This document shows, piece after piece, positions 10,472-19,376 of a stretch of 64,000 bases of DNA; within the stretch, counting starts at the first letter, position 1; each line of letters opens with the position of its first letter. The notes under the pieces were generated by a model, which worked only from the letters and a program-made list of their open reading frames with translations, was not told the origin of the DNA and searched no databases. The position numbers and the translations under genes are program-made. The stretch covers positions 24,711 to 88,710 of the forward strand of contig JAEOTZ010000021.1 in the NCBI GenBank assembly GCA_016839585.1, written 5' to 3'. Source of the stretch: Promethearchaeota archaeon (GTDB taxonomy: Archaea > Asgardarchaeota > Lokiarchaeia > Sigyniarchaeales > SOKP01).

Positions 10472-10731
10472 ACCAGAAAAGATATAAAAACAATCTAAAA
10501 AATCATCACTTTTTTTTTTATTTTTGGACCTTGAGTTGTTAGCTTTTAAGAGATTTAAAAAAGTTCTTAATTTTCTTCTTAAATTCGTTTTTAGATTAAA
10601 TGCGTTTTTATGCTATAAATGAATATTTTCAGTATAAAATATTTATAAGCAAGATATATTTTTTAAAATTATTTAAAACACACTAAAAATATCAAATAAT
10701 ACTATAAATTTAACGAATATTAGGTGAAAGT

Positions 10732-12210
10732 TTGATAAAGCCCTATACTGAAATTAATAAAAGAATTAAAAGTGGCGATGTAGTAGTAGTAAACGCTGAA
10801 GAAATGATAGAAATAGTAAAAAATAGAGGAATTAAGGTAGCAGCTGAAGAAATAGACGTGGTAACTACAGGTACTTTTGGTCCTATGTGTTCAAGTGGAG
10901 CATTTTTAAATTTTGGTCATTCTGATCCTCCAATAAAATTTGAACATCTCTGGTTAAATGATGTTCATGCCTATCACGGGAATGCAGCTGTTGATTGTTA
11001 TATTGGGGTTACAAGAATGGCAGACATTAGACCATTTGAATATGGTGGAGGTCATGTTATTGAAGATTTAATTGCTGGAAAGTCTATAAGGTTAAGAGGG
11101 AATTCATATACAACAGACTGTTATCCATTAGCTAAAGTAGATACTGAATTTACAATTGATGATTTAAACCAAGCTATTTTATGTAATCCTAGGAATGCGT
11201 ACCAAAGGTACGCATGTGCCGTGAACAGTACTGATCGAATTTTATATACTTATATGGGAAAGTTACTACCTAATTATGGGAATGCCCATTATTCTGGATC
11301 TGGGTGTTTAAATCCGTTATGTAATGATCCTGATTATGAAACTATAGGATTTGGTACGAGGATCTTTCTTGGAGGCGGAGTAGGGTATGTGATTGGCGAA
11401 GGGACTCAGCATAATCCTATAAATAATTATGGATCTCTTTTTGTTAAAGGTGATTTAAAACAAATGATTTCGGAGTATTTAAAAGGAGTAAATTATGAAA
11501 AATATGGAACCTCTATGTTTGTAGGGTTAGGAATTCCAATTCCAATTTTAAATGAGAATTTAGCAAGAAAAACAGCTTCAAAAGATGAAGAAATTTTCAC
11601 AGATGTAGTTGATTATGGGGTTCCTAGGAGGGATAGACCCATATTAAAAAAAGTTTCATATAAGGAATTAAAAAGTGGTTATATTGAATTATATGATAAT
11701 AAAATTAAATGTTCTTCATTATCCTCTTTATTTTATGCTAGAAAAATTGCAAATGAGTTGAAGAAATGGATTGAAGATGGTATTTTTTTCTTAAATCCTC
11801 CAGCAGAACCATTACCAAAAGAAACTGAATATAAACCAATGAAACAAACATCTGAATTAAAATTCGTAAAGGATTTAAAAAGAACTGCAGTCATATGTTA
11901 TGAAGATTGTGATATTAAAACAGTAGCAGAAAAGATTATAACCCAAAATATGAATCATATTGTCATTACAGATAGAGAAAACCATTTGAAAGGCATTGTT
12001 ACTAGTTTTGATGTTACAAAAGCTATTGCTGAAGAAAAAACCAATCTAAAAGAGATTATAACAACGAGAGTTATAATTACGACCGATAATGAACCAATTG
12101 AAGTTGCAGGAAGAAAAATGAAACTGAATGATATTTCTGCTTTACCTGTTATTGATGAGAATAATAAAGTTATAGGAATAATTACTAGTGAGGAGTTGAT
12201 GCAAAATTGA
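10732..12210 (+). CDS. DUF39-CBS protein; L-aspartate semialdehyde sulfurtransferase-like (homocysteine synthesis, MA1821 family)
   Basis: EINKRIKSGDVVVVNAEEM, DVVTTGTFGPMCSSGA, NPRNAYQ, TIGFGTRIFLGG, C-terminal CBS pair; GGTGA SD before TTG. Confidence 0.88.
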   Translation: MIKPYTEINKRIKSGDVVVVNAEEMIEIVKNRGIKVAAEEIDVVTTGTFGPMCSSGAFLNFGHSDPPIKFEHLWLNDVHAYHGNAAVDCYIGVTRMADIRPFEYGGGHVIEDLIAGKSIRLRGNSYTTDCYPLAKVDTEFTIDDLNQAILCNPRNAYQRYACAVNSTDRILYTYMGKLLPNYGNAHYSGSGCLNPLCNDPDYETIGFGTRIFLGGGVGYVIGEGTQHNPINNYGSLFVKGDLKQMISEYLKGVNYEKYGTSMFVGLGIPIPILNENLARKTASKDEEIFTDVVDYGVPRRDRPILKKVSYKELKSGYIELYDNKIKCSSLSSLFYARKIANELKKWIEDGIFFLNPPAEPLPKETEYKPMKQTSELKFVKDLKRTAVICYEDCDIKTVAEKIITQNMNHIVITDRENHLKGIVTSFDVTKAIAEEKTNLKEIITTRVIITTDNEPIEVAGRKMKLNDISALPVIDENNKVIGIITSEELMQN

Positions 12211-12602
12211 CAATAATAAATGTTACACTTCCTTTTGGAGTAATTAAAGATATTAGTGATTATTCAAGATTTATAAATAAAATTTTGAAATATGATATTT
12301 CTTTTAATATTCTGAAGTTTTCAACTGGATCAAGTGGAATTAATCTTTTATTAGATATTCCTGAAGGTAAAATAAAGACTATTACTGAATCATTAAAAAA
12401 GAATAATATAATCGTTAACAAGAAAGGGAGAGTTATAATCGATGATGATAAATGTATTGATTGCGGTGCTTGTATCTCCTTGTGTCCGACAGACGCCTTA
12501 CATTTCAATAGTGAAGATAGATTAGAATTTTCTTATGAAAAATGCATTGGTTGTTTATTATGTTTAGATTCATGTCCGAGGTATGCAATTGAAGAAATGT
12601 AA
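12207..12602 (+). CDS. NIL-domain ferredoxin (MA1822-like partner of the upstream enzyme)
   Basis: CIDCGACISLCP and CIGCLLCLDSCP; overlaps the upstream stop codon. Confidence 0.85.
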   Translation: MTIINVTLPFGVIKDISDYSRFINKILKYDISFNILKFSTGSSGINLLLDIPEGKIKTITESLKKNNIIVNKKGRVIIDDDKCIDCGACISLCPTDALHFNSEDRLEFSYEKCIGCLLCLDSCPRYAIEEM

Positions 12603-12637
12603 AGAGATATACTTAAAATTTTTATAGGGTTTAAATA

Positions 12638-13651
12638 TTATTGTTGAGTTATAATTTCAAAAATCTCATCTAATCTAGGTGATTTTCTTCTTAAAGTAAT
12701 ACAGCGGTCTTCTTCACACCCTCTCAATATCGCGATTAATTCATTAAGATGAATTGTAGGAATATCTAATCTTTCTCCGTACCATTTCTTCATTTTTTCT
12801 CTATACTCTGGTTTACTTAAAGTGTATAAACATGTGGGGCAGGGCATTAACATAAAATCAGCATTAACACTCTCTGCACTTTTTAATTTCTTAAGGGTTA
12901 CCTTTAAAGCTTCTTTAGGATGTATTACTAATTGACTAGCACCCCAACCACAACAACATTCTTTTTCTTGATAATCTACAGGATTTCCACCAAAAAGAGT
13001 AACAAGTTCATCTAATTTCGTTTTATCTTTTAAGTAAGTTTCAGCAGTTCTTTTATCTCGGCTTAAATTTAAATAGTGACATCCATAATGAACAGCAACT
13101 TTAAGATTTTTTAAATCAAACTTTAATGAATTAAGAACTTCATTTCTAATTAAATATAAAAAATCCAAATCGTGAACTAGTCTTAGGTTTAGATTTTCTA
13201 AAATCTCATACTTACCCGGATAATTTTCAGTGTTATCTTTTTCTTTTAACTGATTTAAAATTTCTTGTGTTTTTTTTCTTACTTCATGATTATTTAAAAA
13301 TTCTCGCCCTCTTAAGAGACTATTGTAGCATCCATTACAACTAAATAAAACTAAATCTGCTAATTGGTTCATTTCATTTAGATTTCTTTCATTTATTGCG
13401 GCAAATTGAGCTCTTGTTATTAGATTTCGTTGAAAGAAAGTTCCACTACAACAAGATTGATTAATACAAGTCTCTACTTTTAATTGAAGTTCTTCTAATA
13501 AATCTTGGATTCCCCATCTTACACCAGGAAAATATTTTTCTAGACAAGCTTTAAATAAGCATAATTTCTTATCTTTGAAAAATTCTATAGCATTATCAGG
13601 GAACTTTTTTTCTATTTCATCTAAATTTAAAGCTAAATTGCTAAATTCCAT
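12638..13651 (-). CDS. hdrB: Heterodisulfide reductase subunit B-like (two CCG domains)
   Basis: SCCSG, CNGCY, VAVHYGCH, CCGWG, PCPTC. Confidence 0.85.
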   Translation of the reverse strand: MEFSNLALNLDEIEKKFPDNAIEFFKDKKLCLFKACLEKYFPGVRWGIQDLLEELQLKVETCINQSCCSGTFFQRNLITRAQFAAINERNLNEMNQLADLVLFSCNGCYNSLLRGREFLNNHEVRKKTQEILNQLKEKDNTENYPGKYEILENLNLRLVHDLDFLYLIRNEVLNSLKFDLKNLKVAVHYGCHYLNLSRDKRTAETYLKDKTKLDELVTLFGGNPVDYQEKECCCGWGASQLVIHPKEALKVTLKKLKSAESVNADFMLMPCPTCLYTLSKPEYREKMKKWYGERLDIPTIHLNELIAILRGCEEDRCITLRRKSPRLDEIFEIITQQ

Positions 13652-13666
13652 CTTAATTATCCTATA

Positions 13667-14188
13667 CTATTTTTTCCTTTTAGCTCTATTTTTATTTGAT
13701 CTACTTGCTTTAAACACATATTTTATACGTGCAAAATTACATATTTCATCTAATTCCTCAATTCTTTCTTGTGGGAGTTTATCTCCTAAAGGTTCTTCAA
13801 CGACTACACCACTTGTTAGAAATCTTTTAGACATTTCCACATATTTTCTTAAATCATTATATTGGGGGCCATATCCCTTTTTGAAACTCTCATTCCTAAG
13901 ATTGATAATTAATAATGGAATATTGATGTTATCTTTTGGGCATACACGGGTACATCTTTCACATAAATAGCAATACCAAATATCAGATTCTTTTAATACA
14001 CTTTTATCTCCTCGAAGAACTTTTGTAATTATCTTTCTTATATTAAAATTCGTAACTTTAGATGCAGGACAATCTCCAACACATTTTCCGCAAGATATAC
14101 ATTGAATCATATTTTTATTTTCATCTACATCATCTACAAGTTCTTCATAAAAGTCCCAATTCCAGTCTGAATCAGAATATTCGTCCAT
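13667..14188 (-). CDS. hdrC: Heterodisulfide reductase subunit C-like (2x[4Fe-4S])
   Basis: CISCGKCVGDCP, IWYCYLCERCTRVCP; directly upstream of hdrB. Confidence 0.85.
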   Translation of the reverse strand: MDEYSDSDWNWDFYEELVDDVDENKNMIQCISCGKCVGDCPASKVTNFNIRKIITKVLRGDKSVLKESDIWYCYLCERCTRVCPKDNINIPLLIINLRNESFKKGYGPQYNDLRKYVEMSKRFLTSGVVVEEPLGDKLPQERIEELDEICNFARIKYVFKASRSNKNRAKRKK

Positions 14189-14392
14189 TATTTTAAATTT
14201 TAATGATTTAATATTTTGTAATACCTCTTTCTATGAGAGATTCATAATTCATTGTAAAAAAATGTAAGGTTTTTTGTTCATAAAACAAGACTAGAAATTA
14301 ATTACTAAAATTAACTTTTAGATTTATTTTTTTATTTCATAATCCCGAAGAGGAAAAAATACAAATTTAATAATAAAAAAAAAATAAATAGT

Positions 14393-15151
14393 TTATTCAC
14401 TTTTTAAAAAGATTTCCTTCATCCATCTTGGTAAAAGAAAACCTCCATAAAATTCAATCGCACTTGTTATTAACAGTAACCGAACAATAACGACCAATAT
14501 CGATAGAAGGAGGTCAGCAGGATCTTCAAAAACTGCTCCAAGGGAAGAATCTAAAACTGCAGCGACTGTAAAAGTAATGAAAGCAGCACGGAGTAGTTTT
14601 CCTTTCAATCGTACTTCCCGATCATCGGATTTAACCGATTTTTGAGCGAAAATAACTCCAGTAATTAACATTATTAGGATAATAAGTATTAGATAGATTG
14701 TTATAAAAATGCCAAAATCTACTGTGAAGGGTCGTGTAGGATTAATTATTCCTATTAAATCAATATCTATGAAAAATAAAATGAAGAACGTTACTTCAAA
14801 TACTAAAGAAAAAATATAAGTTAAAATTACTGCCATTAATTGAAGATTTTTATTGATCATATCTGTATATGCGACGATCCAGCATAGAAGTGCTATTGGA
14901 ATAAATACATTACCGATAATAAAGTACCATCCTGCTGGTAAGGACTCCCCAACAATTAAATTCATTAAGAAACTAATAGAATCAGGCCACCAAGGTAAAG
15001 AAACTCCCACCCAAGATAAACCCACTAAAAAATATAACCGAGATTTATATTTAGGATATTTTGATAAAATTGCAAATCCTAATATCAATGAAATGATAAC
15101 AAAGATTAAACTAAAACTACCTTGTAAAATATCTACTGGTTCGAGCGTCAA
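14393..15151 (-). CDS. Stand-alone seven-TM membrane protein
   Basis: Seven hydrophobic segments, no soluble domain; GGTGA SD before TTG. Confidence 0.75.
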   Translation of the reverse strand: MTLEPVDILQGSFSLIFVIISLILGFAILSKYPKYKSRLYFLVGLSWVGVSLPWWPDSISFLMNLIVGESLPAGWYFIIGNVFIPIALLCWIVAYTDMINKNLQLMAVILTYIFSLVFEVTFFILFFIDIDLIGIINPTRPFTVDFGIFITIYLILIILIMLITGVIFAQKSVKSDDREVRLKGKLLRAAFITFTVAAVLDSSLGAVFEDPADLLLSILVVIVRLLLITSAIEFYGGFLLPRWMKEIFLKSE

Positions 15152-15234
15152 TAAATTTCACCAAATTTTTAAAAAATTGCATATAAATTTATTGAATTAA
15201 AATTAACTTTTTAACATAAATAATTTTGCTTAAA

Positions 15235-16323
15235 TTATATTATTTCATAATTTATATATGATGGGTGCCTCTCTAATTGATCTGTTAACAACTTAAGATG
15301 AGTTAGATATTCATCCGAGGAGATACTCCCCTCCTTATACCTCTTAGTTAATCTTTCAAATATATAAAAAGGTGTAAATTTAATGAAATGGACATCCGAA
15401 AAACTATAAACAAAACCCTTTGCTTCATAAATAAATTTTTTCTCAATTAGTTCCGTAAATAGATCTTCCTTATTATTTAAAATATTTAAGGATTCATCTA
15501 CAGAAAGCCTCTTTTCTCTTAATGTTTTTAACAATGAAAAAACATCTTTATCTAATATTACCGTTTGTAGAATTGTTTTATTCTCAATGTCTGCTACAGA
15601 ATCATAGTTTATAAAAAACTTTATCAACGCTTTCTTATACTTTCTTAAAACTTTCTCTTCTATTTGATCATTTGACAAACTTTTAGGAGGAATTCGTGTA
15701 CAAGAAAGATCCTTTATTAAGAAATAACATTCTTTGATTCCAGGGATATTATCTTTAATAATTAAGTTCTCTTGTATGAAAGAAATTAGTAATAAATCAA
15801 TATTAATAGTTGAGAATCCATATTCTTGCCTTAAAATATTGGTTAATTCCAATTTAGATATTACTCCATTTCTTAGAATCTCTAGAATAGTGAATTTTAT
15901 TCTATCTTGGAAAAAGCTAATTAAGTTTTCTTCTTCATCTAATTTAGAATAATTAATTATAGTATTAAATGCCTCAGAAATAGCACGAGTAATTTTATTA
16001 GTATTGATCAGTTCTACTAAATTCCTACTCATAATTGCTAATATGTCAGGAGAATCTTTTATAATATTTTCAAACATATTTTTTTTATTATAAACTAACA
16101 CTAGAAAGTATATTTCACCTTCAAATTTTTGTATAATTGAAGTAAAATGGTAAATACCCTCTTCATGAAGGAATTCTATTATTGAATTTTCTTTATTTAA
16201 TTCATGCTTAGCCCAAATTTTCAAGAATACATCTTTTGGAGGAAAAGACTTTTCTGGTGGATATTGGATTATAGGTTCTGGACCTGTGCTTTTATTCCAA
16301 TAAACCAAAATAATTCGCTCCAT
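15235..16323 (-). CDS. Longin/uDENN-like N-terminal domain plus two predicted winged-helix regions
   Basis: IILVYWNKSTGPEPIIQYPP N-terminus; KFTILEILRNGVISKLEL...LLISFIQENLI and VFSLLKTLREKRLSVDE...LIEKKFI. Confidence 0.6.
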   Translation of the reverse strand: MERIILVYWNKSTGPEPIIQYPPEKSFPPKDVFLKIWAKHELNKENSIIEFLHEEGIYHFTSIIQKFEGEIYFLVLVYNKKNMFENIIKDSPDILAIMSRNLVELINTNKITRAISEAFNTIINYSKLDEEENLISFFQDRIKFTILEILRNGVISKLELTNILRQEYGFSTINIDLLLISFIQENLIIKDNIPGIKECYFLIKDLSCTRIPPKSLSNDQIEEKVLRKYKKALIKFFINYDSVADIENKTILQTVILDKDVFSLLKTLREKRLSVDESLNILNNKEDLFTELIEKKFIYEAKGFVYSFSDVHFIKFTPFYIFERLTKRYKEGSISSDEYLTHLKLLTDQLERHPSYINYEII

Positions 16324-16473
16324 ATTTAAATTCTAACAATTATTCTATTAATTTTTATGTAATATACTTAAGATTACAAAGTAATATAGTTTTGAATTAA
16401 ATTAACTATTATATTCGAAATTATATGTTTCCAATATTTTAAAAATAGATATGGTTTTCAAATAGAAATGAAT

Positions 16474-16725
16474 TTAAAAAAATTGAGGATAAGTTTGCTC
16501 TATTTTATCTAAAGTCAAAGTTAAGAAATTGAGTAAGTCCTTATTATTAGAAATGTTGATATTATCAATAACATTGTTTAATATTTGATTTCCCATTTTA
16601 ATGTCATTCTCAGTAAATCGTTCTTTTTTATTACTGAATAAATAATTGAATTCTTGTTCTAACCATATGAGTTCTTCTTTTAAGGTATCTTCCAAAATTC
16701 TATTATAATTTTCATTAACACTCAT
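16474..16725 (-). CDS. Small helical hypothetical protein
   Basis: 83-aa ORF with ATG start in an intergenic gap. Confidence 0.55.
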   Translation of the reverse strand: MSVNENYNRILEDTLKEELIWLEQEFNYLFSNKKERFTENDIKMGNQILNNVIDNINISNNKDLLNFLTLTLDKIEQTYPQFF

Positions 16726-16924
16726 TCTAAATCCATTCTGAAATTATATAATTATTCATTCTTATTACTTTATGAATTAAATAGTCTTCTAACTTATAAA
16801 ATTTCCATGAATAACGTTTTTTTATAATAATGAAACGAACAATTATGAAAACTCATGAATTATTTATATATGAGATTTAATTCTTTAGTTTTTAATCATT
16901 ACTGATAAAAATTACTTTATTTTC

Positions 16925-17098
16925 CTAATCTTCTAATTCTTTAAAATAGTATCTCGTGATTATCTTTGAAAGTTCATAGATAGATTGCAAATTATTTGTA
17001 TTTATTGCATTTTTCAGTTTTTCATATGCATCAGATAAACTCATAACAAAATTTTCCCTTAGATTATTAAATATTATTATTTTTTCTTTTTCATTCAT
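16925..17098 (-). CDS. Possible small helical protein, 57 aa (below ORF-track cutoff)
   Basis: MNEKEKIIIFNNLRENFVMSLSDAYEKLKNAINTNNLQSIYELSKIITRYYFKELED*; co-oriented with neighbours. Confidence 0.4.
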   Translation of the reverse strand: MNEKEKIIIFNNLRENFVMSLSDAYEKLKNAINTNNLQSIYELSKIITRYYFKELED

Positions 17099-17220
17099 AC
17101 GCTACGAATTATGATTAAAAATAAAAAATGGAGATAATATCTCAGTAATATGATATATGTTAAAATATCTAAAAATTACAATTATTAGTTCTTGAATTTT
17201 TTTTGAAATTCAAGGATAAT

Positions 17221-17288
17221 AAAAAAAAAATAAACAGTTGTAAGTAATTTATAACTAATAATATAGTAAAAATTCTTAATAACTGTTT
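17221..17288 (-). terminator. Possible cspA terminator: U-tract preceded by a short inverted repeat
   Basis: A-tract at 17221-17230 on + (poly-U on -); AAACAGTT (17232) / AACTGTTT (17281) inverted repeat downstream of the cspA stop. Confidence 0.3.
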
Positions 17289-17314
17289 TCAACTTAGTTT
17301 GATACTTTAAAATA

Positions 17315-17557
17315 TTACCTGAAGGTATTTCTCTTCATACGTGGTCCCTTTTCAGTAATTCGTACATCTTTTGCTTGTTTGCCTTTTTGACCCTCAACTA
17401 TTTCAAAATCAACTTTATCTCCTTCGTATAATGTTCTAAAACCACTTTCATCATCAAGAATGCCACTAAAATGGACAAAAATATCTTCCCCTTTATCGGT
17501 AGTAATAAAACCATATCCTTTCCGGCTATTAAACCATTTTACAATTCCATTAACCAT
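17315..17557 (-). CDS. cspA: Cold-shock domain protein
   Basis: [15 protein letters not shown] (RNP1), DIFVHFS (RNP2), GQKGKQA. Confidence 0.95.
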   Translation of the reverse strand: MVNGIVKWFNSRKGYGFITTDKGEDIFVHFSGILDDESGFRTLYEGDKVDFEIVEGQKGKQAKDVRITEKGPRMKRNTFR

Positions 17558-17720
17558 TATTTAGACCTATTAGAGTACATAATACATAGTAATTATTGCT
17601 TCAAATTGAAACAACTAAACCCATATCATTTTTCATTATAAATAACTTTATTCTTTCATGCATTGATTTTTTAATTTAATTTTAGAATAAAGAGAGCTAA
17701 TAAATGATTTCTCGCTTAAC

Positions 17721-18563
17721 TTATCTTTTTTTCTCTAAATATTTTATAAGAAGATAATAAGCAATAACCATTAATAGTAGTGCTCCTAAAATAATTAACA
17801 GTATCGTATTAAAATAAAGAGATTGTGCTTCTATAGCATTAATCGGTAAATCATCTATTGGAATGGGAAGATCAAGATTATATTTGTTGAATAATAAAGC
17901 ACCTAAAGTAGCATAAAAGAATGCTCTAAAAATTGATCCTATCAATGTTCCAATTAAATACTTTTTTATATCTATTTCAACTAATCCTGATGTGTAAGAG
18001 ATAACGTCAAATGGGATAAATGGTACAAATCTAGTAATGATAATTGCTGTTGTACCATGTTTTTTAATAAATTCATCTGCGATATTTATAGCTTTTTCTC
18101 CTACAAATTTTTCTGCTAAAGGTCTTCCACCTTTTTTACTTATATAGAAACATAATATACCGGCTGCCATTGAGCCAATAATACCCATAAGACCTCCCAA
18201 GTAAATACCCCAAATCATTCCAGTTGCTAATAAGACAACTTCTGACGGAATTGGAACTATAAGACCCTGAAATGCCATAATTACAATGAATAAGAAAATC
18301 CCTATAACTTGCAATTTATAAATTGGATTTACAAAATATTTTACAACAAATTTATATAAAATAGTTTCATCAATGAAAAAAATGTAATATAGAAGAAATA
18401 GAGATATAGCTAATAAAAATATAAATATGATAATATAAATTATCGTTTTAGTGTCATACTGAGAAAACTTAATTAAGTTTTTGAAATAGCTTTTTATTCT
18501 AGCTGAAAAAGATTGTTTTTCTTTAAAATCATTCTCATTATCTCTTTTTTCCATTCTACTCAA
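17721..18563 (-). CDS. TVP38/TMEM64 (VTT/DedA superfamily) membrane protein
   Basis: QGLIVPIPSEVV, GSMAAG, GGRPL, TRFVPFIPFDVISYTSGL. Confidence 0.88.
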   Translation of the reverse strand: MSRMEKRDNENDFKEKQSFSARIKSYFKNLIKFSQYDTKTIIYIIIFIFLLAISLFLLYYIFFIDETILYKFVVKYFVNPIYKLQVIGIFLFIVIMAFQGLIVPIPSEVVLLATGMIWGIYLGGLMGIIGSMAAGILCFYISKKGGRPLAEKFVGEKAINIADEFIKKHGTTAIIITRFVPFIPFDVISYTSGLVEIDIKKYLIGTLIGSIFRAFFYATLGALLFNKYNLDLPIPIDDLPINAIEAQSLYFNTILLIILGALLLMVIAYYLLIKYLEKKR

Positions 18564-18703
18564 AACATAAAGTAAAAATTAAGTAATATAGGTAATTTAG
18601 ATTTGAATAAAAATTATTTTTTTTCTTTAATTCAAAACAAATTTATTAGTTTGCTTATCTATCTCTTATTATGTATTGATATATTTATTCAAAGTGCTTA
18701 AAA

Positions 18704-19348
18704 ATGAAAGAAATTTTTAAGGATATTTACCATATCGGAAATTCTGGCTGTTCTGTTTACTTGGTGGATACAAAAAGCAATAATGGTTTAGTGTTAATTG
18801 ATTGTGGTATGAGTCTTAGTTTAATAAAAAAAATAAGTAAAAGAGCTTTAAATCCTATGAATATTAAACATTGTATTTTAACTCATTTCCATATAGATCA
18901 TATCGGTGCATGCCATGATCTTAAGCAATTTAATAAAAACGTAAAATTTTACGCTCATGAGTTAGATGCTGTCGCTATTGAAGAGAAAGGGCATGATAAG
19001 GAAACAGCAGCTAAGTGGTATGGGGTAAATTATAAACCTATAAAACTTTCGAAAAGATTAAAAGGAGAACTAGAAATTTTAAAATTTGGATCATACGAAT
19101 TTAAATGTATTCACACTCCAGGGCATACACCAGGATCTATATCAATATTACTGGAGTTAGACGAAAAAATCTTATTTGGTCAAGATATACATGGTCCAAT
19201 AATTCCAGGTGTAAGTGATTTTGAGGAATATCAGGATTCTCTCAAAAAGCTTTTAGATTTAGAAGTAGATATTCTATGTGAAGGTCATTTTGGTATCTTT
19301 CAACCCGCTGAAGAAGTACAAAAATATATTAAACAATATATAGAATAA
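18704..19348 (+). CDS. Metallo-beta-lactamase fold hydrolase (glyoxalase II-like)
   Basis: LIDCG, THFHIDHIG, HTPGHTPGS, GQD, CEGHFG. Confidence 0.9.
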   Translation: MKEIFKDIYHIGNSGCSVYLVDTKSNNGLVLIDCGMSLSLIKKISKRALNPMNIKHCILTHFHIDHIGACHDLKQFNKNVKFYAHELDAVAIEEKGHDKETAAKWYGVNYKPIKLSKRLKGELEILKFGSYEFKCIHTPGHTPGSISILLELDEKILFGQDIHGPIIPGVSDFEEYQDSLKKLLDLEVDILCEGHFGIFQPAEEVQKYIKQYIE

Positions 19349-19376
19349 ATAAATAAAAAAAATAAAAATTTTCTTC

